The notes below the pieces were generated by a model. It had not been told where the DNA came from and did no database searches. It saw only the letters and a program-made list of their open reading frames with translations. Both the position numbers and the translations under genes were made by a program. 44,117 nt of DNA from Verrucomicrobiota bacterium (GTDB lineage: Bacteria; Verrucomicrobiota; Verrucomicrobiia; Limisphaerales; SIBE01): assembly GCA_016190065.1 (NCBI GenBank), contig JACPRI010000298.1, forward strand, positions 1 to 44,117, in the 5' to 3' direction. Below, piece by piece: positions 9,638 to 17,800 of this stretch. Every line of letters begins with the position of its first letter. The first letter of the stretch is position 1.

Positions 9638-9739
9638 AACCGCGAATCGACGCCCATCAACGCGAATAAAGGGATGGGGAATTAGCCGGCAAGGCTGGCG
9701 CGCTTCGGATTTGCGTCGATTCGCGCCCGTTGGCGGCTA
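9638..9739. repeat. Imperfect inverted repeat (AACCGCGAATCGACGC ... GCGTCGATTCGCG)
   Basis: Arms at about 9638-9668 and 9708-9738; abuts the moaC stop codon. Confidence 0.65.
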
Positions 9740-10204
9740 CGGCCCCGGAAGGTCATGTTTCGTTTTCGAGATCAACCGGACATTTGTGATCCGCATTTTT
9801 TTGTCCACGGCTTTGCACATGTCGTAAATGGTGAGCGCGGCGGCGGCCACGGCGGTCAAGGCTTCCATTTCCACACCGGTCTGCGCGGCGATCTTTGCTG
9901 ACGCTTGAATCGCAATCCGGTCGCGGGATTTCGGAATTTCAAAACGAACCTCGCAATGGCTGATGGGCAAGGGATGGCAAAGAGGAATCAGTTCCCCCGT
10001 TTTTTTGGCCGCCTGAATTCCGGCCAGGCGCGCGGTGGCCAGGACGTTGCCTTTGGCCAGAGCGTTTCTCCGGATCAGATCGAGCGTGGCGCTCTGCAAC
10101 CGGATCTCGCCAGTCGCAATGGCTTCCCGCCGTTGAATGGGTTTGGCGGAGACATCGACCATCCGAGCTTCTCCGCGCCGATCAAGGTGTGTAAGATGTT
10201 TCAT
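9737..10204 (-). CDS. moaC: Cyclic pyranopterin monophosphate synthase
   Basis: LTH.D..GEARMVDVS, LIPLCHP, TGVEMEALTA, IYDMCKAVD. Confidence 0.97.
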   Translation of the reverse strand: MKHLTHLDRRGEARMVDVSAKPIQRREAIATGEIRLQSATLDLIRRNALAKGNVLATARLAGIQAAKKTGELIPLCHPLPISHCEVRFEIPKSRDRIAIQASAKIAAQTGVEMEALTAVAAAALTIYDMCKAVDKKMRITNVRLISKTKHDLPGP

Positions 10205-10967
10205 GATGTTGAATCCCTTCCCGCCAGTCTCGAATCGCGGCGCGCATTTGTTCGGCCGCGTTCAAACGGGGCTTGACGAACTTCGGCGTAAACCAGGGAA
10301 AGGTTCCCAGCAAATCGTTGGTCACCAGGATTTGCCCGTCGCATTCGGGACCGGAGCCAATCCCGATCGTCGGGATTGGAATCGCCTCGCTGATTTCCTT
10401 GGCCACAGCCGGAGTGACGATTTCCAGCACGAGCGCGAATGCCCCTGCTTCGGACAAGACCCGGGCGTCCGCCAGCAACGTTTCGCGCTGGGTTGGAGTC
10501 CGCCCTTTGATCCGATAGCCACCTTCCTCGCGCACGTGTTGCGGTAACATGCCCAGATGGCCGAAATAGGGAATTCCCGCACTCACCATCGCGCGAACCT
10601 GTTCCAGAATCTCCTGGCCCCCTTCCGCTTTGATCGCTTCGGCACCCGCCGCCATCAACCGGCGCGCGTTTGCGACTGCGCTTTCGGCAGTGTCGTAACT
10701 TCGATACGGCAAGTCCGCCGCCAAGAGCGCCCGCGGCCTGGCACGCGCGGCCGCGCGGACATGGTGCTCCATCTCTTCCATAGTGACGAGGGTGGTATCC
10801 GGATACCCCAAGACGAGCATGCCCAAGGTGTCCCCGACGTGAATGAGATCAACGCCCGCTTCATCCAGCAACTTCGCCATCGGGTAGTCGTAGGCCGTGA
10901 GCGCGGCGATCTTCCGCTTGCCTTTCCTCGCGCGGATCGATTCCGCGGTGACTTTGGTCAAACTCAT
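10182..10967 (-). CDS. panB: 3-methyl-2-oxobutanoate hydroxymethyltransferase
   Basis: LTAYDY, VGDTLGM, DLPY.SY, GHLGM.PQ, PTIGIGSG..CDGQILV. Confidence 0.95.
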   Translation of the reverse strand: MSLTKVTAESIRARKGKRKIAALTAYDYPMAKLLDEAGVDLIHVGDTLGMLVLGYPDTTLVTMEEMEHHVRAAARARPRALLAADLPYRSYDTAESAVANARRLMAAGAEAIKAEGGQEILEQVRAMVSAGIPYFGHLGMLPQHVREEGGYRIKGRTPTQRETLLADARVLSEAGAFALVLEIVTPAVAKEISEAIPIPTIGIGSGPECDGQILVTNDLLGTFPWFTPKFVKPRLNAAEQMRAAIRDWREGIQHHETSYTP

Positions 10968-11099
10968 GACCTGAGCATGGCACAAATGAAAAATGATTGG
11001 CAATCTTCCGCGCGCTCGTGTAGAAGGAATTCACGATTTACGTGTGATTGCAGACGCACCTCTGAATCCCAGGCGGAACCTGAAACATGATTTCCAATT

Positions 11100-11564
11100 G
11101 TGGATCAAAACCTGTTACTCGAAATTTTTAAGAGTCCGGAACTTCTCGTTTCCTTCAAACCCGGCCAGACCATTTTCCGGGAAGGCGAGGAGGGCGACAC
11201 CATGTACGTGCTGGTCGAAGGCGTGGTTGAGGTGCTCGTTGGCTTCAAGGTTGTCGGCGCCTTCGAGCCGGTCGAAATCTTCGGCGAAATGTCCGTGATC
11301 GACGCTGGTCCCCGGAGCGCCACCGTGCGCGCCAAAGGCTATTGCAAGCTCGCGCCCGTGAACCAGAAGCGGTTTCTTTTTCTCATCCAGCAGAAGCCGC
11401 AACTGGCGCTTCACATCATGAAAATGCTGGTGGAACGGATCCGTTGGATGAATTCCGTCGCCTCCGGCAAGGGTGGTGGACTGCCGTCGGACGAAGCCCA
11501 GGCGAATGCGCTACCCGATGGCGGCACTCCTGCGTCGGCCCCACAGGGTGCGACCGCGGCTTAG
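11100..11564 (+). CDS. Stand-alone cyclic-nucleotide-binding domain protein (no HTH visible)
   Basis: IFREGEEGDTMYVL..G.V, FGEMSVID..PRSATVRA. Confidence 0.88.
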   Translation: MDQNLLLEIFKSPELLVSFKPGQTIFREGEEGDTMYVLVEGVVEVLVGFKVVGAFEPVEIFGEMSVIDAGPRSATVRAKGYCKLAPVNQKRFLFLIQQKPQLALHIMKMLVERIRWMNSVASGKGGGLPSDEAQANALPDGGTPASAPQGATAA

Positions 11565-11573
11565 CCGCGGTGA

Positions 11574-12821
11574 TTATTCCGGCAGTGGTTTCCCCTTGGT
11601 CTCCGGCGCAAGCCAGATCAGAAACAATCCCACCAGGTAGATGAGCGTAATCGTTGCCCCGGCCTGGGCGTAGCTTCCGCCGTAATGAGCCACAAGCTGG
11701 CCTTGCCCCAAAGCACCCGCCGCGGCCAGGATGCGCCCGAAATTGTAACTCAAACCCTGGCCCGTGGCGCGCACGCGCGTCGGGAAAAGCTCCGGGAGAT
11801 AGAGCGGAAACCAGCCGTAGAAAGCAGCGGTGACGCAACCGACCACGCCGACCGTGATCAGAAACAGCGCGTTGTATTCGCTCACCGTGCGGAACAAGAA
11901 TCCGCAGGAGATCAAGGAACCGAGGCACAGGATAAAGTAAGCCGGCCGCCGCCCCATTCTCCCGCCGATCCACGGGCCAATGAAACAACCGATGATTGCG
12001 CCCACTCCGGAGAGAATTTGTGTCATCGCTTTGGCGGCTGGCACCTTGCCGCCCGTCATCTGATCGGCCCACAGCGGCAGCCATTGCACTGATCCCCATG
12101 TGCCGATCAAGGCAATCGAAGCAAATCCGATAGCCAGAACGGTGTTGATCAGGAGCGGCTTATTGGAGAACAGGATCTGGAGCGGCTTTTCATTCCCAGG
12201 GCTGCGCTGCACCGAAGCTTTCCATTTCTCGGATTCCGGCACGAAAATCTGAATGAAGAACGTCAGGACAGCCGGAGCGGCACCGGCAATCATCACCCAC
12301 CGCCACGAGGAAGTCGTGATTTTGACAAAGACTCCCAGCACCGCGATGAGCAAAAAGCCCACGTTCGCGGCGGCTCCGATCACTCCGGCCAACAGGGGAC
12401 GATGCTTCTCCGGCCAGCATTCCATGACCAGGGCCACGCCGAGCGACCATTCTCCTCCCATGCCCAGAGCCGCGAAGAATCGCAGCGCCCCGAGGTGCCA
12501 GGGCGCACCCGCGAACGCACACAGTCCGCTGAAGATGGAATACGTGAGGATGCTCAGACTCATGGCTCGGACCCGGCCGATTCGATCGCCGAGCCAGCCG
12601 AAAACCAGTCCGCCCAGAGCGGCTCCAACCAGGAACAAAGCCGTGATGATTCCCATCCACTTCCCCACGTTGGCGTCCCCTGTGACCCCCAGCAAATCCT
12701 GGAGCGCCGGCCGCGCCACGAGCGGGAAAATCCCCATTTCCAATCCATCGAACATCCATCCTAGAAACGCAGCGACGAGCACCAACCATCGCGACCTGGA
12801 CTGATCTGAGTTTTCCGTCAT
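11574..12821 (-). CDS. MFS transporter (sialate/aromatic-acid type)
   Basis: FLGWMFDG, G.LGDRIGR, LGMGGEW, ELFPTRVRATGQG; start MTENS at 12821 because the upstream ORF extension is repeat-derived. Confidence 0.92.
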   Translation of the reverse strand: MTENSDQSRSRWLVLVAAFLGWMFDGLEMGIFPLVARPALQDLLGVTGDANVGKWMGIITALFLVGAALGGLVFGWLGDRIGRVRAMSLSILTYSIFSGLCAFAGAPWHLGALRFFAALGMGGEWSLGVALVMECWPEKHRPLLAGVIGAAANVGFLLIAVLGVFVKITTSSWRWVMIAGAAPAVLTFFIQIFVPESEKWKASVQRSPGNEKPLQILFSNKPLLINTVLAIGFASIALIGTWGSVQWLPLWADQMTGGKVPAAKAMTQILSGVGAIIGCFIGPWIGGRMGRRPAYFILCLGSLISCGFLFRTVSEYNALFLITVGVVGCVTAAFYGWFPLYLPELFPTRVRATGQGLSYNFGRILAAAGALGQGQLVAHYGGSYAQAGATITLIYLVGLFLIWLAPETKGKPLPE

Positions 12822-12911
12822 CGGGCTGTCCTTTCGTTGAGGGTCGCGCGGATAGTAGATGAATTCGGACCGTGAGAGCCACAAGAAACGGTTGTTTCCA
12901 GCAAGTCCCTC

Positions 12912-13137
12912 CATGAACCCACCTACCCCTTCACCCCTCCCAGGAGGGGAACATGCAATCGGCGCACGAAACGTGGCTCTCCTCCAGGGAGGGGAAGGGG
13001 TGGGTTCAGGGTCCGTGTGCGGTTCTTTTTGGAACAGGTGGCTACCCATGAACCGAACCCCTCATCCCGTCCTTCTCCCTCGCTGGTGGAGAAGCTGTCC
13101 GCAGGACGGTTGAGGGGGAGCGCGATCGGTTCATGGG
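12912..13137. repeat. Compound repeat: two palindromic units bounded by CCATGAACC / GGTTCA(T/G)GG
   Basis: CCATGAACCCACC..CCCCTCCCAGGAGGGG..GGGGTGGGTTCAGGG, then CCCATGAACCG..CCCTCATCCCGTCC..GGACGGTTGAGGG..CGGTTCATGGG. Confidence 0.8.
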
Positions 13138-13205
13138 CGCAATGAATTGCTGTTTGTTTTCCGCCAACGCTCCATTAAGCTGCCGCAGCAATTCGGGCGT
13201 TCGCG

Positions 13206-14273
13206 ATGAATCAGAATTCTTTTTCCTTTGGCATGCGGCACTTGTTGGCTGCCTTCGTTTGGCTGGGCGCAGTGACGAGCGCTTGGGCTCAGTCTTCGAC
13301 TGGTTACGTTGAGACCGGGGACGTGGCCCGAGAATTCACGCTCAAGAACCGCAAGACTGGAGAACCTCTCCGGTTGAGCGATTACGCGGGCAAGATTGTT
13401 GTGCTGGACCTCTTCGCGTATTGGTGAGGCGCTTGCCAGTTGCTCTCGCCGGTCGTCGAGAAAGAAATCAATAAATACTACAAAGCCAGGGAGGGGAATC
13501 CCGCCGGAATTCAGGTCGAAGTGCTGGGTGTCAACACCGACCAGACCAGTTCGGACAACACGGACGAATTCATCGGTGCCGTGGGCTTTGAGGTCGTGGC
13601 GGATGATCCGGACTGGGTGACGTATGGTCAATTCGGCCCCGGCGGCGCGGCGTCGCGTTACGTGATCATCAACGGTGTTGCGGACTCGCCGACGCACAAG
13701 CAGTGGGAAGTTCTGTTCAACGAAACGTTTTTCCAGCCTGGTGATGTCAGTCTCCTGCGTGCGCTGATCGACAAAGTCAAAACGCCCGTGCCCGCGCCGC
13801 CGAAGATTGCCGCGCAACCGCGGCCTCAAGAAGTGCTCCGAGGCGCAACCGTCATCCTCACTGTTTCCGCCACGGGCACGTCGCCGCTGTACTATCAATG
13901 GCACCGGAACGGCGTGCCCATTGCCGGCGCCACGGAGAAGTCACTCCTGCTGACCAACGTCAGTTTAGCCGACGCGGGCGAGTACTCAGCCACGGTCAGC
14001 AATCTCTTCGGCTCCGAAACGAGCCAGTCAGTTACGTTGAAGGTGACGGAGCCGCTTCGGCCTGTCCTTAGCGGCTTGTGGCGCCACGGCGACGGTGGCG
14101 TGGAATTTGTGATGAGCGGCGAGGCTGGCCGTGAATATCACATCGAATTCTCCACGGATTTAAGATTGTGGAAGCGCGTCGCAACGCTGCGCGCCAGCCA
14201 GGCGACTTCGATCTATCGGAATCCTGATACGGTCACAGAACCGCGAGGTTTCTTTCGCGCAGTAAGTGACTGA
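13206..14273 (+). CDS. Candidate selenoprotein: signal peptide + TlpA/redoxin domain (UGAC) + Ig-like domain + verrucomicrobial-type C-terminal domain; 355 aa, Sec at codon 74
   Basis: ORFs 13206-13427 and 13440-14273 are in one frame; LSDYAGKIVVLDLFAYW-TGA(13425-13427)-GACQ places TGA at the first Cys of CxxC; hairpin follows. Confidence 0.85.
13444..13461 (+). promoter_or_regulatory. Putative bacterial SECIS hairpin
   Basis: TCTCGCC-GGTC-GTCGAGA (6 pairs, one C/U mismatch); loop 23 nt after the UGA; identical in the paralogue. Confidence 0.75.
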
Positions 14274-14786
14274 GTTGGATCTAATCGCGAATCCACGCGG
14301 TGAAGTTGTTTGCACACCGCTTGCCTTCGCGATTTGAACGCAGGATTGCATGTGCAACAAAGTTTCTGGAATCCGAGAATGAGAGATCCTCGAACTCAAG
14401 ATGACGTGTTGTCCGGATCGAGGGTTGCACCGCGCTGGATTTGCCGATTTCGCTCATCATCGGTTGACCGGCATGATCCGAACAAAACCGCGTTTCGGCC
14501 TATGCCAGACGCTGTTTCCTCTGTGCTCTCCTGTTAAATTCAGCTCGGCGAGTTGGTGCTGGCGAAGAATCTCCTGGACCCATGCCGCATCGGACGCCGG
14601 AAGCGGCGGTTCGAGTTCGGAGCGGTAGCGGAGCAAGTGATAGCGTCCTTTTTCGTGGCAGTGATCGATCAGGGGTTGCAGCCTGGGATACCCAATCGCC
14701 AACCACGGAAAACCACCGGCGCCGTTATTCGGGGTTGTTTCCAGAGCGGAAACAGGTAGATTGTCGGCGGCTTGAGCGCCGAATTC

Positions 14787-15626
14787 ATGAAGCCAGTGGA
14801 CATTGCGAGATCCGAGCGAGGTTTTTCACCGGATGCCGGAAGGCGCTTTCTAGCTTTGTTTGTCTTGCTCCTGGCGTTCGCGCAGGTGACGCTCCCGGCT
14901 AAGGCCGCTTTCGTGCGTGTGGGGGAAATTGCCGCGGACCTTACGCTGAAAAAGCGCAAGACCGGCGAGGCCGTCAGCTTGAGGGATTTTGCCGGAAAGG
15001 TGATTTTCCTCGATCTCTTCGCGTATTGGTGAGGGTCCTGCCAATTGCTCTCGCCGGTCGTCGAGAAAGACATCAACGAATATTACAAGGCCCGGAACGG
15101 CACGTCGGCGGGCGTGGAGGTCGTCGTCATTGGCATCAACACGGACGTCACCAGCCAGGCGAATACGGACAATTTCATCCGGAACGTCGGCTTTGATTTG
15201 GTTCTGGATGATCCGGATTGGAAAAGCTACGCGCAGTTTGGCCCCGGCAATTCGGCGTCGCGCTACGTCATCATCAACGGCCTGGCCGACTCACCCAGCC
15301 ATAAGCAATGGGAAGTTCTTTTCAACCAGGTCTATTTTCAGCCGCGCCAGCCGGAAGTCGTCCGGGCCATCATCGAAAAGGTCAAGCCTCCCCCGGTTGC
15401 CGAACCGATTCGCCCCGTGCTCGGAGGCGTTCGGCGAATCGACTCCGGCGCGGTGGAGTTTGCGTTGAGCGGCGAAGTGGGCCGAAGATACCACGTGGAG
15501 TTTTCTACCGACCTGCGAAGTTGGACGCGCGTGGCCACGCTCACCGCCGGCGCGGAGAAAACCACTCACCGCGACGACCGCGCGGCTGCGGCGGCGCAAG
15601 GTTTTTATCGCGCCGTCAGTGAATAG
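14787..15626 (+). CDS. Candidate selenoprotein paralogue: signal peptide + redoxin (UGSC) + C-terminal domain, no Ig; 279 aa, Sec at codon 82
   Basis: LRDFAGKVIFLDLFAYW-TGA(15030-15032)-GSCQLLSPVVEK continues in frame into ORF 15045-15626. Confidence 0.85.
15049..15066 (+). promoter_or_regulatory. Putative bacterial SECIS hairpin
   Basis: TCTCGCC-GGTC-GTCGAGA; loop 23 nt after the UGA. Confidence 0.75.
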
Positions 15627-15630
15627 ACGG

Positions 15631-16671
15631 CTAGCGACCGCGCACTCGGATCGTAAAAGCATCCCGCGGGTTCATCACAAGCAACCCGCGAACCTCCTCG
15701 TCAGTGAAACCTTCCTTCTTCAGGGCAGGCATGAACGCGGTAAACAGCGGGTCAAACGGGCGAAAGTTTCCGCCCCCCGGTTCGCCCACGTGGTACCATC
15801 CCGCGTCGTGGGAAATGAGGACACGGTTCAGGAATCCGCGGTCGCGCAGCGTTCGGACGAATCTCACGTGCTGGTCGATGCTCTTGGGGGCGATCCCGTC
15901 AAACTCCACCCAGGCCCCGAGTTCGGCGGCTCTGGCGTGCAGGTCGGGATTGGATTCGCTTTGTGCGTGGACCCAAATGAACGCTTCGCTGCGCAAGCCT
16001 TCCTCCTGGATTACACGGAGTTCATCCAGCGCGGCGGCGCCGTTGCCCGTGTGGGCCGCGATGGTGAGCCCTGTTGCCCAGTGCGCGCGCGCCGCGGCTC
16101 GAACCAGTTTGCGATGAACTTCCGAGAGCGGCCCGGCATCGACGCCGATTTTCATGAAGCCGGGCCGAACGCCCGTGCCTTCAATTCCCTCTTTGGCCTC
16201 GCGAATCCAGCGCGCGGCAAGTTGATCCGCGGATTCTGTGAACGCGTGTTCCGGAAGATACTTGTTTTGCGCCGCGCCGTAATAACCCGTGTTCGTGAGC
16301 GCATTCAATCCAGTGGCGCGGGACAGGCGTTGCAGGAGCCTGGCATCGCGTCCGATGTAGGCCGGGGTGCATTCGACCAGTGTCTGACAACCAAGGTCGC
16401 GAATCCGCTGCAGATGCGGAAGCGCGACCTGGAAGACTTCGTCCGGCCGATAACGGGATTGGCTGATCTTCGCGGCGCCGATGAAATCGACCAGAACATG
16501 CTCGTGCGGCAATGTGATTCCAAGCTGGTCGGCACGAATCGGACCAAGAACAGTTTGAATCGCGCCTTGCGAAGGTACGGTCGGACGAGATCGACAAGAG
16601 CTGGCCTGGGCCACCAGACAACCAGTCCCGGCCAATGTGTCGCGAATGAATTCTCGACGTGTCGTGCTCAG
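15631..16671 (-). CDS. Phosphotriesterase-family (PTE/PHP) amidohydrolase, probably Tat-exported from a CTG start
   Basis: TVLGPI..LG.TL.HEH, LVECTP..IGRD, NTGYYGA, HTG, H, LISHDAG; upstream in-frame CTG-STTRREFI after AAGGA. Confidence 0.85.
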   Translation of the reverse strand: MSTTRREFIRDTLAGTGCLVAQASSCRSRPTVPSQGAIQTVLGPIRADQLGITLPHEHVLVDFIGAAKISQSRYRPDEVFQVALPHLQRIRDLGCQTLVECTPAYIGRDARLLQRLSRATGLNALTNTGYYGAAQNKYLPEHAFTESADQLAARWIREAKEGIEGTGVRPGFMKIGVDAGPLSEVHRKLVRAAARAHWATGLTIAAHTGNGAAALDELRVIQEEGLRSEAFIWVHAQSESNPDLHARAAELGAWVEFDGIAPKSIDQHVRFVRTLRDRGFLNRVLISHDAGWYHVGEPGGGNFRPFDPLFTAFMPALKKEGFTDEEVRGLLVMNPRDAFTIRVRGR

Positions 16672-16672
16672 T

Positions 16673-17542
16673 CTATTCCTTGGCCGCTTCGGCCTCCGCG
16701 ATCAGTTTCTCCAATTCCTCGTCCAATACTTCTCCGCCAGGAGAGCCGAGGTGCTGATGCCGAATGACGCCCTTGTGATCGATGAGGAACAGTGTCGGCC
16801 ATCCGCGAATGCCCCAGGCCTGGGCAATCGGACCGCCGGTGCTCCCTCCGTCCCACCACGAGCGCCAGGTGATGTTCTCTTGCTCCAGAACCTTCCGCAG
16901 CCGTTCCTTCGGGTCGCTGTTGACGCCCAGCAGGACAAACGGGCGGCCTTCCAACCGCTTCACGAGCGACCGCTCGTGCGGGTACATGGCCCGGCAAGGC
17001 CCTCACCAATCCCCCCAGAAATCCACCAGGATAACTTTGCCGCGATAATCGCTGAGCGTAAACTCCTTTCCGTCCACGTCTTCGCCTTCGATTTCCGGGG
17101 CGGCTTGGCCCAGTACGAACTTCTCTTTGGCTGAGGCCGCCGCCGTGATAGCTTTGATTTCCCCGCGAACCAACTCGACGATCTGCGGCGTGGAGTTTTC
17201 GCGGTCGGGCGAGAGCATGGTCAGACGAATGACCGAGCCTTTCGGGCCACGAATCATTTGCACGACCTTGCTCATGTCGAGTCCCGCGGTCTTGACGGCC
17301 GGTTGGTCACCCTGAGCGATGGCAATGATGCGGTCGTTGGCCTTGATCTTGCCGCTCAGTGCCGCCGGTCCGCCGGACAACACCTGCTTCACCACAATAC
17401 CATCGCCCTCTTTGTTCAAGGCGACTCCGATTCCTGCAACGTCCTGTCCGAGGCATTTCACCCCGGCCACAAGGCAAAACATCAGCATGAAAGCGGCGGT
17501 TCCGATGCACGTCTCGCCAGTTCTCAGAAGAATGGATTTCAT
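16673..17542 (-). CDS. Candidate selenoprotein: signal peptide + PDZ domain + TlpA/redoxin (UGPC); 289 aa, Sec at codon 180
   Basis: GIGVAL..PDZ..IRGPKGS; APEIEGEDVDG..LSDYRGKVILVDFWGDW-TGA(17005-17003)-GPCRAMYPHE..WPTLFLIDHKG in frame; AAGGA RBS before ATG 17542. Confidence 0.88.
16961..16978 (-). promoter_or_regulatory. Putative bacterial SECIS hairpin
   Basis: Perfect 7-bp stem CACGAGC-GGTC-GCTCGTG; loop 31 nt after the UGA. Confidence 0.78.
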
Positions 17543-17800
17543 ATGTTTCCTTAGTGAGTTATTTGCGACCTGGAGGCTCATGCCGGAAGGTAGCACAGAA
17601 TGATCGCGGCCAGGAAGAGGAATTGGCTTAGCTCTGAAGATGGACATCCGTGAAAACGATCATCCGGTCTGGAGTGGCCGATTCGGAGTCCAAGCGCGTC
17701 CCTGAAAACGCAGCCGTTCACGCCGGTCGGCGCCAGCATCCAGTGTCGAAACCGGGAAGTTCGCCTGTTGAGATCGACGCGGTTCAATCGCGCCGTTGCT

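Noticed and set aside
13206-17647. Six separate small genes or three pseudogenes, as implied by the ORF track
   Set aside because: The halves are in frame, break at the same catalytic codon, and the downstream halves are intact with a shared hairpin
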